Notes: generated by a model not told the origin, from the letters alone. 64,000 nucleotides of DNA from Azolla caroliniana (GCA_043228905.1 JBHGNT010000003.1:12462001-12526000), one strand, 5' to 3'. Shown: positions 49,001 to 62,560, counted from the first letter of the stretch. Program-made: numbers and translations.

Positions 49001-52000
49001 ACATTGGTATGCACCAGCTCTAGTGGTGCATTACGTCTCATCGGTGGCCTTCAGCGGAAGGAGGTCCGGTTTTTCTTACCGGCCAGGCAGTTGGTGCACT
49101 TCTCAAGATGCACATCTTTCACCGGACTGAGGTTGTCATCGACAAGCCTCTTCATCCCCTTCTCGCTCATGTGACACAGTCTCTTGTGCCACAACTCACC
49201 GGTAGTGTCGGATGCAACGTTCACTTCTTCTTGGCATAACCGGGCATTCATTAGGTATAGAGTTTGACTTTCCGGGCCCGAGCCACTATTAGGCTCCTTT
49301 TGCTTAACTTCATGACTCCGTTCCGGATGCTACCCGTGTATTAGGTTCAGTCGAACCTCCGAAACGTGTCAAACATCCTTTACAAGCAACTTGCATCCGG
49401 TTGATGTCGTCAACAACACATCTCCTATGCCGATAATTCAGCATGTCCCTTTATTCCCCATCCGGACATAGCCGTGCTCACTGGTTGTGTAGGATGAGAA
49501 GCATTTCTGGTTTGGGGTAAGGTGGAACGACGCTCCGGAATCAACAACCCACGTTGTCTCGTCGCTGGCGAGGTTCAACTCACTCTTAGTGATGAGCATC
49601 AACTCTTCTTCACTTGCCGTGATTGCCATTGTTCCCTTCCGGTCTTTACCGTTTTGGTCTGGTGACTTCTTCGAATCGGTACTGTCGGTTTCCTTGTCTT
49701 TCCGGAAGTACCGACAGTTCTTCTGGAAATGTCTCGGCTTGCCGCAATAGAAGCAAGTAGGCCTCCCCCTTGACTTTGACCGTGTCCTTGACTTTTCCTA
49801 GGGACTACGGTTCATTTGTCTTCCGCGTTCCGATTCGGTAAGGAGGGCTTTGGCGTAAGAGATCGCCTCCTTGTCTTTCCGATGTGCCTCCTCATCTAGC
49901 AAGCTCGACTTGACTCTTGCTAGGGATAGTTGTTTTCTTTCCGGCCCGGCGTTGCCCAAAGTGACAACTAACGTCTCCCAGCTATCCGGGAGGGAACCGA
50001 GTAGGAGAGTAATGCTAGTACCTCGTCGGCGAGAGGTACTTCCAACGATGTTGCCTAGTGTACCAGCCCTTGGAAGGCATTCATCTGCTCTGCCATACTG
50101 GAGCCATCTTGGTATCGGACTCTTACTAGCTTCCATAATACTGAAACCCAATTAACAACATTTTTGTTCTGAAACATAATGTTGATCTTCTCCTAGATCT
50201 CTTCATTGAAGTTGTTGTACAGGCTCATGTCGATGAAGCACCGTATGTACGTTGTTGTCTTCATGTGCATCACCTCCCATATCGTGGCATCGATCTTGTT
50301 CGGTCTCTTGTCCCCAAACTGAACTGGCAACAAAAGATCTTTGACCACGAGCATGCCCCTCATCTTCGACTTCCACACTAAGTAGTTGGAGCCAGTGAGC
50401 TTGAACATGCCGCCAAATGAATCTTCCATTTTCTGTTTCGTTTTGCTATGATACCAGATTGACGTGAATATGCGGAATAATCTTCAGCCACAACCAAGAC
50501 TTAGATCACTTAATGATAATCAAACACAAAAGCAAAATGAGAAATGGAAGTAAATACACGAACAGAAAAGGATGCACAAGTTCCAATTTTCAAATCTTCT
50601 TCAATCAATTCTTCCTCTTGTCCAACTTCGACCGGTTCTTCGAGTGTTATCATGCTTCCGACCGGATGGGTCCTGTCGATCGATCCGGAGTTTGTTATCT
50701 TCTTCTTCAACTCCCAGTAGGCAATACTCTTGTCTTCGATGAAGACTATGTCTCGACTCCAAAACACCTTCTTGTCGACCAAGTCCCACACTCAGTATCC
50801 AAACTCATCATCGCCATATCCAAGGAATATGCATGGCAGGACTTCAGATCCAACTTTGCTCTCTTGTCCTTTGCAACATGCACATAAGTGAGACAACCAA
50901 ACATTTGTTAGCATGTGCTACCATGCTCCAGACTGTCTCCATTATGGTCTAGTTCATCCTTTCGACCACTCCTTTAGGTCTGACATCTTCGGCACGGTGA
51001 ATTCAAGCCGTATTCCCTTCGACCGACAGTACTCCTCAAACTGCCCCCGGTATTCTCCTTCGTTGTTTGCTCAAACCTCCTTTTGCTTCTGACCGGTTTC
51101 CCTTTCCACCCTCACATGGAGTTCCTTCAAGAAGGACAACATCTGATCCTTTATCTTCAACGGTGATAGCCACAAATTCCAGTTGTCGTCTTCTATGAAT
51201 GTCACAAAGTACTACAATCTAGCATGTGACTTCGTGTCCACTTGGCATACATCATTATGCACAAGTTTCGGTGGGGCCTTCCGTCTCATTGGTGGTCTTG
51301 ACCGGAAAGAGGTTCGGTTTTGCTTGCCGGCCAAGTAGTCGATGCACTTCTCAAGATGTGTCTTTCACCTTTGGAATGAGGTTATCTTCGACAAGTCTTC
51401 TCATCCCTTTCTGGCTCATGTGACACAGCCTCTTGTGCCACAGCTCACCGGCATTGTCGGATGTCACATTCACTTCTTTCCAGCATATCCGGGCATGCAT
51501 CAGGTACAATGTGTTGATCTTCTGGGCTCGGGCCACGATCAAGCTCCCTTTGCAAAACTTCATGAATCTGTTCCGGATGCTACCCGTGTAGCCTTCATCA
51601 TCCAGACGATCAGCTGATATCAGGTTCAACCGAACCTCTATAACGTGTCAGACATCCTTCAACAACAACTTGCACCCGATTGTCGACCACACGTCTCCTA
51701 TGCCAATAATTCGGCATGCACCTTCATTTCCCATCTGGACAGAACCATGATCTCCGACTCTGGACAATGAGAATCACTTCAGGTTGGGAGTAAGATGGAA
51801 TGATGCTCCAAAGTTGACCACGCAGGTCGTTTCGTCGCTGACAAGATGTAGCTCACTCTCCTCGGTGATTAGCAACAGTTCTTCTTCACTTGTCACGATC
51901 GCCGATGTTCCTTTCCGATCCAAACTCCTCCGGTCTAGAACCTTCTTCGAGTCGGCACACTTGGTTCCTTTCTCCTTTCGGAAGTGTTGGCGATTCTTCA

Positions 52001-53619
52001 AGAAGTGCCCCGGTTTTCTACAATAAAAGTAAGTGAGCCTCCCCCTTGACTTTGACCTCATCCCCGATTTGTCCCAGTTTTGGGGACTCCGATTTCGGCC
52101 TCTTCCCTGGTTATGGTCATCTTTCCTGACCAAGGCCTTTGGATCGGTTCCGGATTCCTGGTCCTTCCGGCGAACCTCTTCATCCAGCAGGCTTGATTTT
52201 ACCCTTGCCAGGGACAATTGTTTTCCTTCCAGCCCGGCGTTGCCCAAGGTGACAACTAGCGTCTCCCAACTATCCGGGAGGGAACCGAGCAAGAGCAACA
52301 CAAGTACATCATCGACTAGAGGTACTTCCAGTGAGGTTGTTTGATTTATGAGCCCTTGGAATACATTCATGTGCCCTGCCATGCTGGATCAGTCTGGGTA
52401 CCGGAGTCTCACTAACTTCCGTTTATGGTGTTTTTACTCTCCAACATGGTGCCAATTTTCTCCCAGAGCACATGAGCCTTCCTTTCTTCTTTGAAGTTGT
52501 TGTACAAGCTCATGTCGATGAAGCACCTAATGTACGTCATCGTCGTCATGTGCATCACCTCCCACATTGTGGTATTGATCTTGTCTGGTTTCATGTCCCC
52601 GAACTGTACCGGCAACTAGAGATCTTTGACTATGAGCATGTTCCTCTTCTTCGACTTCTATATTGGGTAGCTTGAACATGCTTCTGAATGACTCTTTCAT
52701 TTTCTTCAAGGTTTAGAACCTATGCTCTGATACCAGTTTGTGCGGAATGGGGTTCAGCCACAACCGAATCTTAAACACTCAATGGAAGAAAGCAAGAAAT
52801 GAAAATAAGAATAATGCACTCGCACCGAATGAGACGACACCAGACGTTAACGTGGAAAACCCTAAATGGGGAAAAACCACAGGAGTGCACAAACTCCAAC
52901 TATCACTATGAGAAGAGGATACAAAGCGAGACTCGGAGGCAACGACCTCGAGCTCTATGTCTTCGCCAACCGGCGATTACAAAAGACAAGCTTTTATGTC
53001 TCTCTCTCTCTCTCTCTGTGTCTCCATCTCTGTCTTTTTACAATAGTAAAGGTAACAACTCTAATCACACCTACATAAGTGGTTGCCCTAAGTCATATTT
53101 ATACTTATATGACTTTAGGACTATTTACAAATATGGCCATGACATGCCCTCGTGAAACATATTTACAGATATGTCCCTAGATCCGGTTCACATCGGATTC
53201 GTCCGGATATCTTCCGGATCCATCCGATCAGGCTCCTTACTTCGGCTCGTCCGATCCAGTTCCTCCGGTTCTCATCCGGATCCCATCCCGAGGGACTAAA
53301 TTCCTAACAACAAAGAGAGATTTAGAGAAGAGAAATATAGTTTCCATTCGAGCTTAAGAGTGTGCTTCTTGTTACTTGCCATTGTTAATATTTTGCTTCT
53401 GTGTTGTACATGTTGTTGGCTTGACATCATCTTGTAGGTCCTCATCATCCACTGCCCACCATAATATCTAGAACATTCAGTGTCAGAGTGACCTTGCTGT
53501 CTGGTGGCAACCAACAACAAAAAGCTGAAGAAAAGAAGCCAACCACTTGAAAGAAAAAGACCAAGCCAACAACATCTATTTCCAAAAAAAAAATGGTGAC
53601 ACAATCCGACACTAAATCT

Positions 53620-53830
53620 AGAAATTCGATGAAAAGAACTTCACCTTGTGGAAGTTAATGATGCAAGATGTGCTGATAATCCGGCGATAAAAAGAAGCCA
53701 TACGACATAGTGCTCGACCTACTTGTTAGTCGAGTAGTGGACATCCCTGGACGAAACCGCTAGATCCACCATTAGAATACACCTAGCTAAAAACATCTAC
53801 TTCAGCATGCAAAGAGACATCATGTACTTA
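53620..53830 (+). pseudogene. gag: Copia gag N-terminal fragment, preceded by a probable LTR remnant (42750-42826 plus 53315-~53430)
   Basis: WKLMMQDVLI...LDETARSTIRIHLAKNIYF resembles the copia gag N-terminus. Confidence 0.6.
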
Positions 53831-54054
53831 AATGCTCTTAAAAGAGCATCTGACACTAAATGCATACATTGGACATATTTAATTAAATAGGTCTACTCAG
53901 CGCGTGTGATGTTTCAGACATCTTCCTCCACCGCTCCGTCATCCAAATCCGTTATCCGGCTTCTTTAGCCGATCCAACATCCGGTTCGGAACCTAGTCTG
54001 AACCTTAGGCTTATTAGCCTAAGTAGGCCTAGCCAACCGGATCGATTCCGATGT

Positions 54055-54780
54055 GGCCTACATGCTTGTTCAGCCTTTGAATGTGCAGCAAACAAGTCTT
54101 CTTCTGATCCATGCTGTCTATAATCATGCACATATACTTTTTAGGTGATTGAAGTGCTTTTTGTTGGTGATGCATAACTTTAGAATGTTCCAATGCTTGA
54201 CTTTCATGGTGTTCTTTTAATAGATTTTTATTATTCTTGATTTTTTCATTTGATCTCCCACTCTTTGCCATGCTTCTTAAACTTGCACATATTGAATAAA
54301 CACCCATGCTTACCTAACGCGGTACAGCCACATTGTTAAATTGTAACTTCCATAATCAATTAAGATGTCTATATTGTATGGTACACCTTCTAACAACATG
54401 TCATCCTTATATGGTTGGTAAACCTTATGAGGAGTGAAGTTATCAGACAAATGTAGTCTTCCAATAGTAGGCATAATATCACATTGTTTTGAGAAATATA
54501 TTTCCATCCACATAATAGCCTCCCAATCAAACCCTTACATCCAATTGCATTCCATTCGAATGGTACCCACAATCCCTTCACTAGTCATTGTTGAACTCTC
54601 TGGAGTTATTACGTACACATAACATAGGGGAAGGTAGGTCACTAATATTTACATAAGTGAAGGGTATATGTTCACTAATGTTAAAAATGGGACTAAAAAA
54701 AGTGCATGCACTATCATGGTTTGGACAACCAATGAATGGAGAGCCTTTTAGAAAGGCATATCTATTCAAGGGGCCTCGGA
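54055..54780 (-). pseudogene. Probable DNA-transposase remnant (DUF7869/Sola-like)
   Basis: CDIMPTIGRLHL, YSIC (C..C-like), YMCMIIDSMDQKKTCL motifs recalled from this family; family name unverified. Confidence 0.5.
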
Positions 54781-55882
54781 AGAGGTGTAAATATGAGGCT
54801 TATCTACCCTCATAAGCACATTACGTTGGAAGGTTGTTGTCCTAGACACTAGTGGTGCGGGCTAAGCTTTCGTCATGATGATCGTGTTAATATCTTCCAA
54901 GGTATTATTAGTCATCCTAATATCCGGTGGTATAGTACATCAATGGTAGGTTGGCTATGTCTTGATCACAGCTTGGGGGTGGTCGGATGGAACGGGTTCT
55001 TCTATCCAATCTATTTTCCATCTTTTTTACTTTATTTTGGTCTATGGATTAGTAATAGACTTGTAAAAATTGTATCAAAGCGTCTACTAACAATGTTTTT
55101 TTGTTGTTTTGAAGTTTTGCGTGTGAGCGATGGGGATCTAACAAGGCTCGTCATGCTCCTCTCAGGATCAAAACAACATTCTTAACCTGGTATTCTTCTT
55201 TCTTGATCTCTCTTCTTTTCTATGATGCGTTTTTCTTGGTCACATGGAAATTGTATTATGTTTTCTTTTCTTTCTTTCATCTTTGCTACCGTGATAAATT
55301 ACGATTTTAATTCTAATTGTGCATCGAGTCAAGTGTGTTTACACTAATCACACATGCTCAATTCATGGCCCTTTTGCATAGTTTGTTGTATATCTCACTC
55401 TCCCCTTAATTCAGCCGTCTCTAATGATGATAATTATTCTTGTGCATCGGGTCGGGCGTGTTTGCACTAATCGCACACGCTCACCTAATGACCCTTTTGT
55501 ATATGATGTTATGTATGCCACTCTTCCCTCTATCCAGCCATGTTTTGGCCATTCTATGGGATGTTGTGGTATTGACGAGGTGTATGTCGACAACCTATGC
55601 CCCTCTAATATCTATTGAGCCATCTCTTGGCCGATTCCATGGGATGTTGTGGTCTTGATGAGGTGCATGTTGACTACCTTAGGGTTACTTACCTTAAGAC
55701 ATGCTTAATGTTTCATACACCTATTTGATTATTATCCAAAGTATTTTCTAATTACACAGTTTGTCTTTTCACTTTCTTAAGATTTTCTTGTGATTGTCAT
55801 CTACCTACCCACACTTAATTTTTATGTTCATACACTATTTATGTGCTTTTCCCTATGGGGCAACGATTTTGTGTAGACTATT

Positions 55883-57826
55883 TGTTAGGATTTTGTCCCT
55901 CCTAATGGGAGAAGTCGGCGGTCGAATTGGGGGAGTGCTTGTAGTAGTCTACTATATTGGATGGATGATCCAAGTGAAAGACTAGGTAGACTGGTCGAGC
56001 CAACCAGATGGTCGATGACAAATTCTGCTCATCGAATTGTCAACATAGGAATCAACTAGTCGGATCAACTAGACTGTCGACTTGTGGGTCGGATAGTCGA
56101 ATCGACCAGTCGACCAATTAACAACTATTAAAATAATAATAGCTTATTCCTTCTATAACACGTTCACGTTCACAATTGGAAGGATCGCGTACAAGTGGAA
56201 GGATAAGGAATATTACATTTGATTTTGGGTTTTTTTTTTTACCATTTCACAAAACACCTTGATACTGGTATCACATGTTCTCCAAAACTTGATGAACAAA
56301 TTGAAATTTTCACCATTTCGTAAAATTGAAAAATGCCAAATTTTGGTCAAATACGAAAAGTAACTTTGTGTATTTTTAAGAAAAAATTTCAACTAATAAA
56401 TTTTTATATCGTAAAGAAATCAAAAGCAGAAGATTTCAAACCAATCAACATTTTTATTTCATTTGATAAAATGTTGTCTAAATTTGTTACATATCGTTGC
56501 ACAAAAAATACATTTCGGAGTTATTTGCATCACTATCATCATTCCTTTCATGAGAATCATTACTATAGATAATAGACAATTGTGATTCTTCCTCCTCATT
56601 TTCAAATGTACCAATCAAATCATTGTCATCACCAAATGGTGTCTCCAAATTGTGTGCACTAAATCTTGTTCGCCTTAAATATGAGAGTATTGTGGATAGC
56701 ATTTTGTATACATTTCTTGAGTTGTGAATATTGTGGATGTTAATGAGCACTAAATTTATAGATGATAATATTAAGGATTACAATGTTACCTTTTATACTT
56801 AAAACATTTTCAAGGCTAACAATAAATGTAGCTTCCACTTCTGGAACCTACATCTCCTCAAGATGGTGAAACCATTCATCTTAACTTGTGCCTTGAGTTA
56901 ACCATTGTGATTTTCTTTAAGTTAACTACATTTCATATTTGTAGACCATCAACGTTTAAACATTTATTGAAAAACTATTCAATTTTAAAATTATCATTTT
57001 GAAACTTGTTAAATCTCAAAAAAGTAGCAAATTTTACATGCTATTTAAAACATGTGATAATGGTGTATCAAGTTTCTGAAAAATTTGCATAAAATTGCAA
57101 GATTATAAAAGGAATCTATAAGTGGAATGCACGATTCTTCCACTTTTGAATGTGAACGTGTTCTATAAATTGTGGAGCTAGGACAAAATTTATTGTAGGA
57201 GAAGGTGTAGAACAACATAGTAGAGTAGAACTATGCAGAACAGTCTAGACTAGAAGAGTGCAACTAGGAGACAAGAGAGTGTAGGCAAGTTGGTTGTCGA
57301 ATTGGGGGAGTCGACTGTGGTAGTGGATTGTATTGGATGGAAAATACAAGTGAAAGACTAGGCTGAGTAGTCGAGCCAAGTAGATGATCGATGACAAAGT
57401 CTGCTAGTCAGATTGCTGACATAGGAGTCAACTAGTCGAATAGACAAGTCGACAGATTAACGACTATTAATATAACAATAGCTTATTCCTTCTATAAATA
57501 TGTGCAGCTAACGAAACATTTATTGTGGGAGAAGGTGTAGAACATTGTAGAATAGAACTGTGCAGAACAGTCGAGAATAGAAGAGTGCAATAGAGAGCAG
57601 CTAGGAGACAAGAGAGGTAGTGCAAGCAATGTTAGGTGAACTTGCCAAAACCCTATGTGGTGAATACTCTATTAAGCAGAGTCTTTGTAATCTGATTTCT
57701 CACTTGTATGTCTATTATATAAGAGTGAAGGTTTGTTGCCCCTGTCATTTTCCCTTTGTTTAGGGTTTCCAGGTAAAACTTTTGTACTGTGTATTTTGTT
57801 GTTTTTCTGTTTCTGTGTATCATTGC
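55883..57826 (+). mobile_element. Copia LTR 5' part with an internal tandem duplication; 3' end lies at 9671-9716
   Basis: Starts TGTTAGGATTTTGTCCC; 55910-57280 unit repeated at 57285-57615; ends abruptly at CATTGC. Confidence 0.82.
56159..57160. mobile_element. Non-autonomous TIR element (1002 bp), 8-bp TSD
   Basis: Imperfect 33-bp TIRs starting CACGTTCAC; TSD TTCTATAA; empty site visible in the duplicate at 57481-57500. Confidence 0.9.
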
Positions 57827-59620
57827 TGGAATAAGCCATTCCATGTTTTTGTCGACACATCGGACATCGCAATCGGAAGTGCATTAATGCTGTTGACTGA
57901 ACCGAATTGGTACAGGCCAGTGTACTATGCTAGTCGGAAACTCTCAACAACGGAAAGAAACTATTCTACAATTGAGAGGGAAGCTTTAGGAATGATCTAT
58001 AGTGTCAATAAATTGCGACACTATCTTTTGGGGAAAAAGTGTACATTTCATGTTGATCATTCGGCTCTTCTTTATTTGGTCTCGAAACAAGAGTTAACTA
58101 GCAAGTTAGCAAGATGGACTCTTCTACTCCAAGAATTCGAATTTGACATTTTACATCGGCCAGGAGTACAGCATGCAGGGGCCAATTATCTCAGTCGACT
58201 GGAGTCAGGAGAAGAAGGCACAAGTGTCAAAGATGATTTTCCGGATGCCCAGCTTTTTTGAGTGGAAGCAGTAAATGCACAGGATATAAATGAAGAAAGT
58301 GAGGATGCTTGGATCTCAAAGATGACAATCTTTCTTACAACAGGGATACCACCCAAACATCTATCGGCAGACAAAAGGAAAATGTTGGCGGTACGGAGTC
58401 GTAATTTTTGTCTTTTGAACGACACTCTGTATCATAAAGGAGCAGATGGTATTTGGAGAAGAGCAGTACGACAATTCGAAAAAACAGTCATTCTTCGGGA
58501 ATCGCAGTGTGGAATTGCAGGAGGGCACTAAGTTGGAGAAACCACAACCAGAAAAATATGGAATAGTGGCTTGTGGTGGCCGACAGTGATGAAGGATGCA
58601 GTCGAATATAGTCGGAAATGTGATTTATGCCAACGTATGGGACAACCGATAGAAAAGGACAGGATGTTGTTTCAACCTGTGTTACCTCTTGAACCTTTCC
58701 AGAAATGGGGTTTGGATTTTGTAGGCCCATTCAAACCGGCAACATTAAGAACATGCAATCGATATATTATAGTTGCCACTGACTACTGCATGAAGTGGGT
58801 AGAAAGCTAAAGCTCTAAGGGATAATACGGCAGCTTCAACAACAAAATTTTTGTACAAAAGTATATGGTGTAGATTCGGTTGCCCAATAGAATTAGTGAG
58901 CGATCAAGGTACACATTTCATTAACAAGCTTGTTCATGAATTGTCTACATACTATGCAGTGGTTCATAAGAAAAGCACGCCTTACTATCCACAAGCAAAT
59001 GGCTTGGCGGAGTTGACAAACAAAACCCTCCAGGCGATACTCAAAAAGATAGTAAATGAGAATCATACGGACTGGGATCAAAATTTGCATAGTGCTTTAT
59101 GGGCATATTACACGTCGTACAAAACATCTATTAAATCAACACCTTTCCGAATGGCTTTCGGATTGGAGGCAATTATGCTAATCGAATTCCAGATTCCGAC
59201 ACCCGAATACAAGTAACCGAAAAATTAGATGAACTACAATTGGAGCAAATTCAGAAGGAATCTTTATTGATGTTAGAAGAAGACCGAATACAAGCTATGT
59301 CAGCTTTGGAGCACAAGCAGAGGCAAACGAAGGCATTTGTAAATCGACACCGACGAAAAACCGAAACTCAATTCGGAATCGGGAAACCGGTACTTGTTTT
59401 TCAGACCAAGATGGGGGGGGGGGGGCTATGCCAGGTAAACTTCGGTATAGATGGATGGACAGGACCAGTTTGGATCGTGAACAATAAAAATGGTACATAT
59501 CAACTAGGAACCCTATCAGGTGGGATTTTGCCGAAATGGGTCAATGGTTTCCGGCTTAAGCCATATATCATGGAGATATGCTGGAAAAATCCATTTAAGG
59601 CTGAATCGGAAGAAAAGTAA
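57826..59620 (+). pseudogene. pol: B RNase H and integrase (3' half of pol)
   Basis: WNKPFHVFVDTSD, HHCC remnant, [23 protein letters not shown]. Confidence 0.93.
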
Positions 59621-59806
59621 AAAAAAAAAAAAAACTAACTATAGAAAATTTTCTTGCCAAATCATAACTAAGTGTCAAGAAGAGAATCTTGGAATGATTT
59701 AAGAAGGCTATAAGTAAGAAGTAGTGGAGGCATGTTTCTATTAGTCATTATTGCTAGTACACCTAGTCATTACCGACATTAATAGTACTTTTATTCCCTA
59801 GGCATC

Positions 59807-62550
59807 ATGCAAAAAATTAATTCCTTAAAACCTATTTCTGTAATGTCTGTTTCACCACAAAAGCAGAAACGCATTCGAGCTCACAAGTTTTTTGATCTTC
59901 TTCACCATAGCCCACAACGTTTTCCACCGCCACCACAAAGCGACGATCTATCAATCGACGACGACAATATGTTGATTACTGTATCTGATAACTTGTGCCG
60001 CTGGCTCGTTCGCAATAATTTACAAGGATTCTTAAAAGTCGCAGAAGCAGAGCCACACCCGCACGCTGAAGCTCTGATGGCAGAAATCGATGTCTCAACA
60101 ATCACTAATAAGAAGGTAAGAGCGGCGTTGGAGATGCCAAGAGGCGGGTTCGACACTGTCCACTGCGGTCCTATTTTGGTGAGTATTCGCCCTTCATCAA
60201 AGCGTATCAGACACAAGGAGGTAGGGATGTTTTTTTTCATGAAGTTGCAAAATTTTTATTGGAAGTAGGGTTTGTTAGTCTGAGATTTTACTGTATGCCC
60301 AAAAAGAGGGCCGGATTTATCATCACTGCTTATGAAGGTGAAGTTTTCGATTGGGGGCTACTATCGGCAGATGCTCTGAGAGAGCAATTGTATGGAGTTC
60401 AGAAGGGAAAACCAATGAAGTCGATTTTTGCTCGTTGGTTATCGGTATTATTTCCGGCTCCAGAGCCGGAAAACCGATCAGAGGTGCGTAGGCCGCCTCA
60501 GGTACAGTCATCCTGAACCCAACGACAAGTCCAACGGGAAGAGTGGAGGGAAGAAGAATCGGTGCAGGACAATACAACTCAAACCGAATTTGACCAATCG
60601 GACCCAAGGCAACAACAAGAATCGGAACAACAACAGTCAATGCAGTCTCAACAATCGACACCGCAACCCGAACCTGACCAGCAACCGGCTACTCAACAAC
60701 TGGAGTTTCAACCACCGAGGACGCAACAACGAGAGACAATAGACAAGCAACCCTCACAACAGCAAGAATCGACACAAGTTGACACAGAGCAGCAACCGCC
60801 GAAGCAACACAGGGTTAAACAACGGTCCCAAAGATATTCTAGACTAGAGCAAGAACAACCTACGCAGAAGAAACAGAGAACCAACGATCACACCGCCCAA
60901 ACCACACAAGTACCTCGTGTTAATCCCGATGACACGTCACGAATTCAAAAAGGGCAGGTATCAACAGGAAGGATGCAAGAGGCACTTGGTTTTTCCGACA
61001 TCCCGGCAGCAGCACATGAGCTACCTGCCATTCTGTAGTTCAGAACATCATATGAACTGGTAGAATGGTTAGCTAAAATACTCCAAGAAGTGTCGAAAAG
61101 AATGGCGCAAGAGCACCGAGATCAAATAATGATCCAAAAGTCATTATGTGGAGCTGTCGAACCCAATGGGCAAGCAGAAGTGGATAGAATTGGTCGACAG
61201 CGAAATGCTAAAAATAGAGGTGAAGCCATCCAGATACAACCATTACATGAGGCATTGGTCGAAGTTCACAGGGAATATGAAAAGGATAGCAGAGCAGCGA
61301 AGGATATGGCTGAATTATACAAAAGGGCAACATCAGCAGCAGATGTGCTTAATGCACAGTATAAACGGAAGCACAAAGAAAATCATCAATTGAAGGATAA
61401 ACTGCAAGAAGCACAAGTGGCTCTAGAAAAAGCGAGAGAGCAGATAGTACAGCCAGAGTCACAAAGACAACCTTTGGAGTCGGATTCAGAACTATACCAG
61501 AAGTTGGAACAAGCCTAAAAAGCACGAACAGAAGAGGAAATTAGGGCAGAAAAGGCCGAAGACAAGTCCAGAGAAATGGAGGATCGATTACAGTCGGCAA
61601 AAACAGAGGCCGACAAATCATTAGAGGAAAAAGATAATTTGATACAAGATTTACACCGACAGTTAGCCCAACAGCAAGAGGCTACACGGCAACAAGTCTA
61701 AGAACTGGAAGAGTATGTAAGCATCCAAGAGACTTGTTTTACAACACAGTTGGCTGGAAGAGACAAACTGATAGAAGAAATCAACGGAAAAATGACTCAG
61801 CAGCAAAATGACTGGAATGCGGAGAAAGAGAAGCTAGAAAACCGATGTGCAGAAGTTCAAACGGTCTTCGAGAAAAGGCGACTTGACCTCTTAGTGGCAC
61901 AAGGCAAACTGATGGAGGCAGAAGGAGATACCAATGCGGTAATCATTGATTTGCGAAGAACATTGGCAACAACACAGTTTGAGGCAAGAATGACTCAGGA
62001 CAGGGTTCAAGCAATCATAAGACGTAACCGGCTTAACACCCTAAACTTGGTCAATGAATCGCTAGAGAAGGGTTGGCAAACATGGTCGGTGCAAGCTGCA
62101 GAGCTTCAACTATTATGAGCCGATAGAGAAAATAGAAAAATTCAAGGCAAAGGCTTCCTCAAGATGTCGGAGGAAGCAATGACCATGGTTCAGGAAGATA
62201 TTGCTACAGACCTATACAACATGGCGGCTTATTTCAGAGAAGAAATTAACCGAATAATGCAAGAATTCGACAAGCATGATGTTGATACGTCCATTGAGTT
62301 AGACAATATCGAAGCCGCAAGAGTAAGCAAAACACCTGGACTCGGAGCACTGGATTCAACAGATCCAAGACCATCGACTGAAGAAGCACACGAAGAAAAC
62401 GAAGACGGGGAGGACACCGAAGATGAAGACGAAGACGATGTCTGCGTGGCACCACAGGAAGAGGAACCCTCATTGTTCAACATTCTGCAGGATGACGCAA
62501 AAGATGATTTGGAGTTGGAGGAAGATCTTCCCTCAGAGCACCAAGAGTGA
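59807..62550 (+). pseudogene. Extra 3' ORF of B: globular N-domain, Q-rich linker, coiled coil, acidic tail
   Basis: ORFs 60259-62550 share one frame; lies between integrase and the 3' LTR; homologous to 3863-5186. Confidence 0.78.
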
Positions 62551-62560
62551 AGGGGTTCCC

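Larger units (their letters stand above)
44794..50579 (-). mobile_element. Copia element J nested in I (5' LTR truncated)
   Basis: 3' LTR 44794-46440; 5' LTR stub from 50460; PBS, gag, VVDSGAS, integrase, YVDD RT, RNase H. Confidence 0.88.
42827..53309 (-). mobile_element. Copia element I, interrupted by J
   Basis: LTRs 42827-43369 and ~52739-53309; TSD ACAAA at 42822-42826 and 53310-53314; PBS TGGTATCAGAGC. Confidence 0.92.
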
